64,000 nt of DNA from Acidobacteriota bacterium. GTDB lineage: Bacteria > Acidobacteriota > UBA6911 > RPQK01 > JAJDTT01. The number at the start of each line of letters is the position of its first letter. The stretch's first letter is position 1. Under the pieces are notes generated by a model that worked only from the letters and a program-made list of their open reading frames with translations, had not been told where the DNA came from and ran no database searches. Positions 29,095-38,145 of the stretch are shown here, in pieces. The translations under genes were made by a program, and so were the position numbers. The stretch lies in NCBI GenBank assembly GCA_965217775.1, contig CBDCJH010000002.1, positions 1,856,001-1,920,000 of the forward strand. The letters run 5' to 3'.

Positions 29095-29347
29095 TTAACT
29101 GAAATTAACGGACCTTCTGCGAGAAAAGGGAGGATTTCGCAGTTTCCCACGGGTCCTTGAATCAGCTTCGAGCCACCCGGAAACTCGGTTGGGAAGACGA
29201 GTATAGAGAAGGGGCAGAAAACGGAACTGTTCCCTTATCTTTCCATCTGGATTCCTTGGAGCGGGGGGGCGCCATCCAGGAGACCCGGACACCGGCCAAT
29301 CACAGGTGACGTGGGTAGAACCTGAATCGCGCCCCATATTCAGAAGC

Positions 29348-29650
29348 CTACCAGCGGCCTCGACCGCTTTTCCGGTAACCGCCGCCACCGCCGCCGGACC
29401 GGTTCTCACGCGGACGTGCTTCGTTCACGGTCAGGGTCCTTCCGCCCAACTGAGTCCCGTTCAAGGCACTGATGGCCTTCTGGCCGTCCGCCTCGTCCAT
29501 CTCGACGAAACCGAAACCCCGAGACTGGCCGGTCATTCGATCCGTGATTACTCGAGCCGATTCCACAGGACCGTACTCGGAGAAGGTCTCCTCCAGCCGG
29601 TCATCCGTGATTGCGTAGGGCAGGCCCCCTACATAGATGTTCTTCTTCAT
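29348..29650 (-). CDS. RRM RNA-binding protein (Rbp family)
   Basis: RNP2 IYVGGL, RNP1 RGFGFVEM, Gly-rich tail. Confidence 0.95.
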   Translation of the reverse strand: MKKNIYVGGLPYAITDDRLEETFSEYGPVESARVITDRMTGQSRGFGFVEMDEADGQKAISALNGTQLGGRTLTVNEARPRENRSGGGGGGYRKSGRGRW

Positions 29651-30297
29651 TTTCTCCTCCTAATGTTGTAAGAAATGGAGTTATCCACCCTGAGACACCA
29701 ACTGTAAACAGAGCAGGGCCCGATCCTGTGTAGTTGTACGATCTGATCGGGGATTCCTTTGGGAGTCTTTCGCAGGGAAGAAACTAGCTTGGGCTCTCAA
29801 CACCTGTTCTTCGGTGCTACCTGTCGAACCCTCTGCTGAATAAACCGCCGCGAGCATAGCCCTTCTTTCCATCGCTGTCAAAAGAACTTTGTCGTTAGTA
29901 CGTGAAGTCTCCGGTCCATGAGGTGCGAGATTTTGAAGGTTGCCCGTTTTCGTGGACGGTTGGGTGGTGCGGTTTCAATCGGTCTTAGTTGTAGTCCCCC
30001 ATCTATCGGTCAATTGCCATCGACGATGTCAGAGTTGTGGCCACCGACAGAGCGTTCTTTTTCAGTGGGGGGACTGATGGAGGCGTCAGTAGAAGGGCTG
30101 AGGTTGTGGGAAATCTCTGGTTTTCCACAACGGGATACCGTGTTCAGACTCCACCAAGAGGGATCAGAGCACGACAGAAGCTTTTTTTGGACCCTGACCC
30201 GCGCCCCTGACCCCCAATTTCGCAGCCTTTTCCAGTGCTAGCTGGGCAACGAAGCCGGGACATTGCGGAACGTCCGGACGCTTCCAGCCCAAATCGG

Positions 30298-31167
30298 CTA
30301 CTGAAAGGATTCATCGCACTCAGCGATGGTGTCAGGATCGGTAGCGACCTGATCGGCCCAGTCGCGAGTCTCGAACCAATATCGGCGGTGCAGTTCGAGC
30401 CAGCCATCGGCTTGGCGAACCGCAATCCAGCCATTGAAAAAATTCAAGGCATCGAGGTCACCTTTGCGCACGGCTATCGCCAGCACGTCCGAGGCAAACG
30501 GCTCTTCGAAGGGCAGGTGCAGGGTCTGCGGGTTGGATTCAACCCATGTGGTCCGCTTCGTCGCGACAGCTGCCGCAGCATGGGCGTTACCTGCAACGAC
30601 GGCCTCGAGGACCGCGTTGTCGGTATCAAAGAGCAGTAGTCTGGCCTCGGGAAAAACATTCTCGATGGCAGAGATTGACGAGGATCCCCGGCGGGTCGCG
30701 ATCGTGACACTGGAACTGTTGAAATCTGCCAGCGTTTCCAAGTCGGCGGTCTGCCTTTTATTCGCCACCAGGTAGACACCGGCCACGTTGTATGGTGACG
30801 TGAAATTGACCTTGATGTTGCGTTCCGGAAGGATCGTCATGCCACTGATAATCACGTCAAACTCCTCAGCAATCAGGGACGGAATGATATAGCTCCAATT
30901 CGTCCGCACGAAATCAACCTCCACCCCCATGTCCTCGGCCACTTTGGTCGCCACATCGATCTCAAAGCCGATCAGTTCGCCGTTCGCATTGCAGGCCGAC
31001 CAAGGCTCGAACAGGCCCAGACCGACTCTCAGCGTCCCACGGTCCTGGACCTCCTCAATGACGCTGTCAAACGACCACCAGGGGAGAATCTGGGCCGTCA
31101 CAGGAGAGTTGACACCTCCGATCAGGGCAGCAACGATCAAGCCACACACGACGTGCTTTCTGTGCAT
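30298..31167 (-). CDS. Polar amino acid ABC transporter substrate-binding protein (orphan)
   Basis: GTLRVG, GFEIDVA, FDVIISGMTI.PER..VNFT.PY; GGAGGT RBS. Confidence 0.9.
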   Translation of the reverse strand: MHRKHVVCGLIVAALIGGVNSPVTAQILPWWSFDSVIEEVQDRGTLRVGLGLFEPWSACNANGELIGFEIDVATKVAEDMGVEVDFVRTNWSYIIPSLIAEEFDVIISGMTILPERNIKVNFTSPYNVAGVYLVANKRQTADLETLADFNSSSVTIATRRGSSSISAIENVFPEARLLLFDTDNAVLEAVVAGNAHAAAAVATKRTTWVESNPQTLHLPFEEPFASDVLAIAVRKGDLDALNFFNGWIAVRQADGWLELHRRYWFETRDWADQVATDPDTIAECDESFQ

Positions 31168-31472
31168 CAGACACCTCCGTCGAAGTAAAGATTCGCTCCG
31201 GAAGCGGGGGCCCCTTTTCTCGCGAGCTCGGATCAGCCCCAGAGTGCCCGGAGACACGAGCCAGAAGAGGATGACCAGACCCGACCGGGAGGGAACACCG
31301 TACAACAAGAGCACTTTGTTGTGTCCTGCCCGCCCTCTGGCTCTCCTGTTTTTTACGGCGGCCGCGGTCCTGCACCATCCCCTGCTGTCCTATTTCGGTG
31401 ATCTCATTCGGGTCAATAACATGGACTCTTCTCCCCGTTTTTCAGGACCTGAGAAACTTCGAGCTTAGGAAC

Positions 31473-31688
31473 ATGATCTGGAACCCGATTCTCATTGGAA
31501 TCTTGCTTTACTTGGCCGTCGCCATCCGGGGCCAGATTCGACACCTGAAACAGTTGGAGTTGTGCTTGAGTATTAGAATCGCCAGCCTGGAGACGCAGAT
31601 CAGAGATCTACAGGATTTCGTTGCCTGGATTGCAGATCGTACCCGGCGAAGGGAGATTCACCGGATTGGCATTGGAGATGGGCCCTAG
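31473..31688 (+). CDS. Small membrane/coiled-coil protein
   Basis: N-terminal TM helix; its TAG stop lies in the CTAG target of MITE copy 2. Confidence 0.45.
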   Translation: MIWNPILIGILLYLAVAIRGQIRHLKQLELCLSIRIASLETQIRDLQDFVAWIADRTRRREIHRIGIGDGP

Positions 31689-31846
31689 CAGTCCGTGGTG
31701 AAAGTCCCGCGAGCACCGAGACCGTTCCTGCGCCCGCCGGACAAGGCGCGATTCGGGTGCATACCGGGAGTATGTGCTCGAATCGCAACGCCGTCCGCCG
31801 GGATGCAGGGACGGTCGAATGCCGTGATGACTTTTGCCACGGGCTG
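31689..31846. mobile_element. 158-bp MITE, copy 2
   Basis: Same TIRs as copy 1; CTAG target duplication (31685-31688, 31847-31850). Confidence 0.9.
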
Positions 31847-31930
31847 CTAGTAACCGCATCTTCAGGAAGACCCGCGCCATCGGAACCGAATGGCATCCAG
31901 GGGAAGGAACACTCGGAGGAATTCAAGACC

Positions 31931-33661
31931 ATGATCGGACAATTTCTGGTACGGCTGGCAGTCTTACTGTTCTGCGTTTCGATTCTCATGGGCCGCTCGG
32001 ACCAAGTGTACCGTGCCGAGAATAACGTCACCTTCGTGACGCGGGTTGAGGATGGCGTACTGAGATGCGGACATGCCACGCCGGCCAATATGGATTTAAT
32101 GGAGAGAATACAAGCTCGAGTCTCCCGCGCGAGGCCTATTTCGGTACAGACGAACTTGGCCCAACCTGCTGCGGAATTCATCGTCACCTACACAGGGTTC
32201 ACTTCGGAAGCCCAGGCCGCCTTTCAGCGGGCGGTCGACATCTGGGCGTCTACACTGATCACGGCTGTGCCGATCGAAATCGACGCCAACTTCGTCACGG
32301 TTGACGATCTGGAGGATCCGGAAGATTTCGAAACAACGCTGGCGTTCGTCCGACCCTCCCAAACTTGGGCGATCGCTCGAATAAGTGATCAGCAAATCGC
32401 TGTTCCGATTGCCCTTGCCAATCAACGTTCGGACCGCGACCGAGTTCCCGACGAACCAGACTTTGCAATGACGGTCATCGACCGCAGCGACTGGTACTTG
32501 GAGCTGGACGGACGCCCTGAGAGTGATCAGTTCGATTTGGTTTCGGTCGTCCTGCACGAGATATCACACGGACTGGGAATCGTCGACAGCTTCGAATTGG
32601 ACGACGACGGAAACGGCCAGTACGGATTGCAGTTCCGCAATAGAGAGGAGCGTATCCCCACGTTGTTCGATTATTTCATCCGTCTGAGGAACGGGGACCA
32701 GTTGACTACAGACTTGTCCAGTCCCTCCGTCGAATTGGCTGACGCGATCACCGGCATCAAACTCTTCTGGGCGGGAGCACAGACGAGGAGAGCCAATGGT
32801 GGTCTAACTCACGCCCTGCTCTGGGCCCCAAGCGAGTTCGAAGCTGCCAGCAGCATCGCCCATTTGGACGAAGATGCGTATCCTTCCGGGACTTCCAACA
32901 GCCTGATGACCCCACAAATCGCCAGAGGCGAGGTGTCGCAGAGTCCGGGGCCCCTTTTACGGGCCATGCTCAAGGACATGGATTACACGGTTCGTGGCCA
33001 GGTTCTGCAGATTCCGCATTTTGGGGTCGGCGACGGCTTGAATTCGGATATCGTCGTCACGAATCGTTCTTCGTCCGAGACAGTTGCCGTGTCGGTCGAT
33101 GCCTGGGACCCGCAGGGGAGCGAGCTGGACGGTGACACCCTGTTCGGCGCGGCCGGCGCCGACCGATTCGATCTCCCCCCTTTGGGAAGCCGGACTCTGA
33201 CTTTGTCGGCCGGCGGCGGAGGCTTGCTGACCGGATCGATCACGGTATCGACGGACGACGTCCCGGTTTCGGCGGTGGTGCGTTTCGATCTCGTGGGGAC
33301 GGGAATCACCGGTGTCGGCGCCGGCCCCAGACTTCGGGCAGCCGTGGCGCCGGCGCGGCGCAGCGGAGGGCTCAGTACCGGAATCGCGGTGCGCAACACC
33401 GAGCTGGCGGAGCAGAGGGTTGACCTGACGCTCAAAGATGAAAGCGGGGAGGAGGTCACCGGCGGAACCTCCAGCAGGACAATCCCGGCCGGAGGCCAAT
33501 TCGCTGCGTTCATTCAGGAGATATTCCCCGACGCCGTGAACACTGATTTCAAAGGGGAGATCTGCATCCGGGCGCAAGCCGGCCTGGTCTCCGTCGTCGC
33601 CTTGGAACTGGAGCTCGGCAGGGCGTTCACGACGCTTCCGGTGAGTCCGATTGCGGAATGA
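31931..33661 (+). CDS. Secreted zincin metalloprotease with C-terminal beta-sandwich domains
   Basis: Signal peptide; VVLHEISHGLG; SSIAHLD...LMTP Met-turn. Confidence 0.8.
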   Translation: MIGQFLVRLAVLLFCVSILMGRSDQVYRAENNVTFVTRVEDGVLRCGHATPANMDLMERIQARVSRARPISVQTNLAQPAAEFIVTYTGFTSEAQAAFQRAVDIWASTLITAVPIEIDANFVTVDDLEDPEDFETTLAFVRPSQTWAIARISDQQIAVPIALANQRSDRDRVPDEPDFAMTVIDRSDWYLELDGRPESDQFDLVSVVLHEISHGLGIVDSFELDDDGNGQYGLQFRNREERIPTLFDYFIRLRNGDQLTTDLSSPSVELADAITGIKLFWAGAQTRRANGGLTHALLWAPSEFEAASSIAHLDEDAYPSGTSNSLMTPQIARGEVSQSPGPLLRAMLKDMDYTVRGQVLQIPHFGVGDGLNSDIVVTNRSSSETVAVSVDAWDPQGSELDGDTLFGAAGADRFDLPPLGSRTLTLSAGGGGLLTGSITVSTDDVPVSAVVRFDLVGTGITGVGAGPRLRAAVAPARRSGGLSTGIAVRNTELAEQRVDLTLKDESGEEVTGGTSSRTIPAGGQFAAFIQEIFPDAVNTDFKGEICIRAQAGLVSVVALELELGRAFTTLPVSPIAE

Positions 33662-33741
33662 CTTCGTATCCCTGAGAGTCCAGCCCGCATTCCTCACCAG
33701 GCCGTTCTCGTCCCGATCTTGGCGACCGCGGTCAGTGGGAC

Positions 33742-35574
33742 CTATTTTCGACTCGGAATAATCGGCAGGGTGACGTGTGAGGGAAATCGGCTGTCGTGAT
33801 GAATCTTCTGCCGGGCCACCACTGAACGGGTCTCCAGGCCGATATTGTCGGCGCCCGTGTTCAAATTCCTGAGATAGTAAGGGAAGTAACTGCTGGAGAT
33901 CTCGACTCGGATGCGGTGCCCTTTCTTGAACACGTTCCCGGTTCCCCTCCAGAATTCGATCGTATACTCGTAGACCTTGTCGGGTTCGATCTCGCTCAGC
34001 CGTTCCGGATTGAACGCCCCTGCCTTTAGCGGATCTCGATGCCGCGCCCGGAGCACACCGTCACACAAGAGGGCCGCATATCCGTCGGGATGGACGTCGA
34101 TCAAGCGCAACATCCAATCCGTATCTCGAGCCGAGGTTGCCGCATAAAGTTTCGCCTCAATCGGCCCCGTCACTTCCATGTCTTCGTCCAGTGGCGCCAT
34201 CGTATAGACCAGCACATCATCCCGAATCGATGGAAGTCGCGCATCCACCGCTCCATCGATGTGGCCATTCGTAAAAGGGGCGCTAGGGGTGGGATCGGCC
34301 GGGTCGTAAACATAAGCATCCCACGCTTCCTTACCCGGCGGCGTCGTGTTCAGCACCCCGTCTCCCTTCAGCGAATTGGCCTTCCCTCCACTGTGCAGGT
34401 AGTACTTCGTCCATTTGGTTTGAGGCAGCGGCCAGTCCTGCTCCGCGTACCAGCGGTTGGGGCCCATGACAAAGACATGAACGGGCGGCTCATCGGTCAC
34501 CCCGTTGTCGATCCCCTTCAAGAAATGGTCGAACCACCGGCAGATCATTCCGTTCAGATCGATCACGGCGTCGGGACCGTAGTCGAATCCCGCGACCACC
34601 CGTTGGTTGATGGCGTGTTGCCAGGGTCCGATGACGAGGGAAGGACGGCGGGATTCCGGAGTCGCTCCGTACTGCTTCATCCCCTGGTAGTTCATGGGTG
34701 AGCCGGGATAATTCGCATCGAACCAACCCGTGATGTTCAAGGCCGGCACCGTCATCTTCGAATAGTTGTCTTTGCCCTGGTAGGAGATCTTGCTCCAGTA
34801 TTCATCCGTCGAGAGGTTTTGCCGGATCCAGGTCTCGAACCAGGGCGCATCCAGCGCTCCCTTCACTTTCGGCATGTCGAGATAGGGCAGATGCATATAT
34901 TCTTCGTGACGGTTATTGGAAAACCCTCCGTAGGGCCCCTCGCCGATCACCTGTATGGTCCGGCCGGCCATCATTCCCGCTCCCCAATCCATGGCCCAGC
35001 ACACCAAAATGCCATTCTGGTACGGAGCGTTGAAGAACTGATCCGGGGGAGCCACTTCGGGGGCGATCGCTTTCAAGGATGGGGGGGCCTGGCTGGCAGT
35101 CCACCACTGTGTCCACCCCAGATAAGAGCCCCCTGTCATGCCAACATTGCCGTTGGACCAGGATTGGCGCGCCAGCCACTCGACGAGGTCGTAGCCGTCC
35201 GCCTTGTGTTTCTCGTCGAAGATATCCGTTTCCCCTTCCGAATCGTATCGGCCGCGCAAGTCGGAAACGGCGTAGACGTAACCGCGCCGCGCGAACCACT
35301 TGGCTCGATCCGTTCCAAACCCGGGTGTCCCACCGAGATTGCTGTAACCGGTGTGAGTCAGAATCACGGGATACTTTCCCGGAGTGTCGGGCCGGTAGAG
35401 GTCCACGGAAATCCTGACTCCGTCTCTCATGGGCACCATGTTTCCCAGCACGACCTTCGTTTCGTACTCCGGCTCGGAATAGCTGCCCGAATTCGGTTTC
35501 TGGGCCCCTGCCAACGCCGGAAAACCAAGGCCCACCAGGGATAGGGTCGATACAATCCTTTGCCCGCGTCCCAT
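33742..35574 (-). CDS. CocE/NonD family serine hydrolase
   Basis: VPMRDGVRI, DLRGRYDSEG, GGSYLG, GWFD, GPW.H. Confidence 0.92.
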   Translation of the reverse strand: MGRGQRIVSTLSLVGLGFPALAGAQKPNSGSYSEPEYETKVVLGNMVPMRDGVRISVDLYRPDTPGKYPVILTHTGYSNLGGTPGFGTDRAKWFARRGYVYAVSDLRGRYDSEGETDIFDEKHKADGYDLVEWLARQSWSNGNVGMTGGSYLGWTQWWTASQAPPSLKAIAPEVAPPDQFFNAPYQNGILVCWAMDWGAGMMAGRTIQVIGEGPYGGFSNNRHEEYMHLPYLDMPKVKGALDAPWFETWIRQNLSTDEYWSKISYQGKDNYSKMTVPALNITGWFDANYPGSPMNYQGMKQYGATPESRRPSLVIGPWQHAINQRVVAGFDYGPDAVIDLNGMICRWFDHFLKGIDNGVTDEPPVHVFVMGPNRWYAEQDWPLPQTKWTKYYLHSGGKANSLKGDGVLNTTPPGKEAWDAYVYDPADPTPSAPFTNGHIDGAVDARLPSIRDDVLVYTMAPLDEDMEVTGPIEAKLYAATSARDTDWMLRLIDVHPDGYAALLCDGVLRARHRDPLKAGAFNPERLSEIEPDKVYEYTIEFWRGTGNVFKKGHRIRVEISSSYFPYYLRNLNTGADNIGLETRSVVARQKIHHDSRFPSHVTLPIIPSRK

Positions 35575-35623
35575 CGCTCCTCCTTTCCGCGCCTGCTTCA
35601 TTCCCAGAAAAACCTGGGGGCTG

Positions 35624-35710
35624 GGAGGGGGGACATTCTTGTCCCCCTCGGGCCAAAGAATCGGCGGTTGGAAACCGCCGCTCCAATTCGCGGGTTTCAA
35701 ACCGCCGCCC
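35624..35710. repeat. GGAG-type REP cluster (inverted doublet)
   Basis: GGAGGGGGGACATTCTTGTCCCCC and inverted TCGGCGGTTGGAAACCGCCGCTCC. Confidence 0.8.
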
Positions 35711-35795
35711 CCACGCTCCCCCTTATTCTGCCAGTTGGTGTTGTGCTCGCTTCTATCGTTTGGAGATGAACGGCGGCAATCAGAAATGACCGGAC

Positions 35796-37022
35796 TCAAC
35801 CCAGGGACCGGATCTTCTCGATGAGGGGCCAGAAATTCAATTGGTCCACCGCGTGGCCGCGGTACATCCCCACCGAATCGGCTCCGTTGGCCAGAGCGAT
35901 CCGGGCGGCTTCCAGCATCAGCTTGGGGTCCTGGAAACTCCCGACGTGGTAGCAGGACAGCTCCACGATCAGAGGACATCGTCCCCGGATCAATTTTGAG
36001 AACTGGCTCGTGTAGCGTTCCACTCGCCTCACGTCCGAGGTGGTCCGAAACCAGAGGTAGAGTTCGTCCATCAGCGACTCTTCGAGCCAGGCGCGGAGAT
36101 CCTGGAAAGCACCCAGGTAACGATCCCCGTGAGGCCCCGCCAGATCCTGGGCGATGACGGCTATGGTGAGGGGAGCTTCGGGGTGCCGCGCCTTTAGCCG
36201 GCGGCGCAGTTCCCGAAGCGTCTCGGTGACGAATCCCGCCCGGAAGCCGAGCCAGTCCGGGTCATGGTTCGGGAGTCCTGAAGGACTTTTTCCAAAGCGC
36301 TTCCGGTACGCTTCCACCATGGGCGGTTCGTAGCCGTGGATCGCTGCACCGTGGCTGTCCCGGAGCTCGCTCACGAACTCCACCTGCACGCCGTGTCCGC
36401 CCGATTCCTCCACGATCTCCAGGTACCGGTCGACCATGTACGACCGCACCTCGGGCACGGCCAAGCTCATGGAGAGCCGGCTCCCCAGCTTGAGCTCGCG
36501 GTCGCCTTCCCGGTCCAGCGCCCACCAGTCGGGGTGCTTCTTGGCGAACGCACCAATGCTCAGGACCGCCCGGGGGCTGTTCCAGATCGGACGATGCCGA
36601 TCCAGCTTTTCCTTGAGACGGGGGGAGCCGTAGGGAAGACCGATGTAGTTGAGGGACCAGTTGGCCCGTATCCGTCTCGCGCCATGGCTGTTGAACGCCA
36701 TGTAGGGATGCATCGCGATCCCCTTCTCTCCGGCCGCCTGGGCCAGGATCCGGGATCCGCGGGTCGGAACCAGATGGGTCACGCCATGGCGGGCGCACTT
36801 TTCGACGAAGTCGATGACGGCCGCCTCATCGGAGGGCTGAGTCGGACTGATCAATCCGCCCGGAGCACACCAGAGAGAAAACCTGGGATCCCCCGAGCGT
36901 TTCGCCGCCGAAGCCGCAGCCGCCTTCGCGGTCGTGGGTGGAGCCGCGGCGACGGCTCCGTAGGCCAAGCTCCTCTCCAGGAAACGGCGGCGGCTGAGAT
37001 TGGAGGACGACGACTCGGACAT
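35796..37022 (-). CDS. Tat-exported TIM-barrel glycoside hydrolase-like protein (GHL10-like)
   Basis: SRRRFL twin-arginine signal; KHPDW, PEVR, W..FR motifs. Confidence 0.65.
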   Translation of the reverse strand: MSESSSSNLSRRRFLERSLAYGAVAAAPPTTAKAAAASAAKRSGDPRFSLWCAPGGLISPTQPSDEAAVIDFVEKCARHGVTHLVPTRGSRILAQAAGEKGIAMHPYMAFNSHGARRIRANWSLNYIGLPYGSPRLKEKLDRHRPIWNSPRAVLSIGAFAKKHPDWWALDREGDRELKLGSRLSMSLAVPEVRSYMVDRYLEIVEESGGHGVQVEFVSELRDSHGAAIHGYEPPMVEAYRKRFGKSPSGLPNHDPDWLGFRAGFVTETLRELRRRLKARHPEAPLTIAVIAQDLAGPHGDRYLGAFQDLRAWLEESLMDELYLWFRTTSDVRRVERYTSQFSKLIRGRCPLIVELSCYHVGSFQDPKLMLEAARIALANGADSVGMYRGHAVDQLNFWPLIEKIRSLG

Positions 37023-37025
37023 GAC

Positions 37026-37970
37026 CTACTTCAAGAGGGCAGCGACCTCCTCTTCGTTCCCCTCCTGGGCCAGGGTCCGGGCGGTCTTGCCGTCCTCGTT
37101 CTTGGCCTTGGCGTCGGCTCCCGCCTCCAGCAGCACCTTGATCGCTTCGGCATGCCCGTTGACCGCCGCGTACATGAGTCCGGTCCAGCCCTGATTGTCC
37201 TGCAAGTTGACGTCGGCTCCCGCCTCGACCAGGGCCTTCACGGTTTCCATGTGCCCGCCCTCGGCAGCCCAGACCACGGAGGTCTTTCCATCCGGGTCCG
37301 TTCCTTCCGCATCGACTCCCTCTTCCAGCAGGGCGTTGACGCTCTCAGTATCGCCCAGTCTGGCCGCCAGCAAAACGGACGGAGATCCGTCGCTGGTCAT
37401 GGCATAGGCGTCCGCACCGTGGCTCAGGAGGGCCCGCGCCGTCTCCCCGTGTCCGGCCCCGAGAGCCATGATCAGCGCGGTTCCGCCGCTCTGGTCCGCC
37501 ACGTCCAGGTTGGCCCCCTTCTCCGCCAGCACGCCGATCACCTCTCCGTGGCCCCGTGCCGAGGCCCAAAGCACGGCGGTCCGCTTCCGGTTGTCCTGCG
37601 CCTCCACATCGGCGCCAGCCGCCAGCAGAACTTGCACCGACCCGGCCTGACCGCTCGCCGCAGCGGCCATGAGGGGTGTCCGCTGCTCGGAATCCCGGAT
37701 CTCCATGTCGGCGCCGCCACCGATCAGGGACTGGACCACGGCGTCGTGGCCGTGACCGGCCGCCAGGATGAGGGCGAGCTGTCCCTTCTGTCCCTCTTCC
37801 TCGCTGGCGACATTGGCGTCGGCCCCCTGCACCAGGAGTTCCTTGACGGCGGCGTCATCCCCTTTCCCCGCGGCATCGATCAGGTCCTCGTTGATGTTCC
37901 CGCCACAGCTGCAGAGCAGAAGAAGAGAGGGGGCAAGCAGTGTCACGAATCCCCGAAAATTCAGCATCAT
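37026..37970 (-). CDS. Ankyrin-repeat lipoprotein
   Basis: Lipobox LCSC; about eight TxL..AA..G....V..LL..GAD repeats. Confidence 0.9.
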   Translation of the reverse strand: MMLNFRGFVTLLAPSLLLLCSCGGNINEDLIDAAGKGDDAAVKELLVQGADANVASEEEGQKGQLALILAAGHGHDAVVQSLIGGGADMEIRDSEQRTPLMAAAASGQAGSVQVLLAAGADVEAQDNRKRTAVLWASARGHGEVIGVLAEKGANLDVADQSGGTALIMALGAGHGETARALLSHGADAYAMTSDGSPSVLLAARLGDTESVNALLEEGVDAEGTDPDGKTSVVWAAEGGHMETVKALVEAGADVNLQDNQGWTGLMYAAVNGHAEAIKVLLEAGADAKAKNEDGKTARTLAQEGNEEEVAALLK

Positions 37971-38145
37971 GGATCTCCTTTCTGAGTTGCGGGACGCGGA
38001 CCGAGCAGTAAATAAATCCGCCACAGGAACGGCCCTCCACCGCCCTTCGGGGTGTTCGGGCCAACGAGCCCTCTCCGAATTGTGTCGGAGTTGCTGGCAT
38101 GATAACACAGCACTTGGGAAATTTACCGGGGAGGAGACGAAGGGG

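Noticed and set aside
14154-29239. CRISPR array or classical integron attC array
   Set aside because: Spacing is irregular (40 bp to ~6 kb), the repeats are degenerate, there is no RYYYAAC...GTTRRRY attC structure, and no cas or intI gene.
29650-29900. Riboswitch in the long leader of the RRM gene
   Set aside because: No recognisable aptamer consensus by eye; an Rfam scan is needed.
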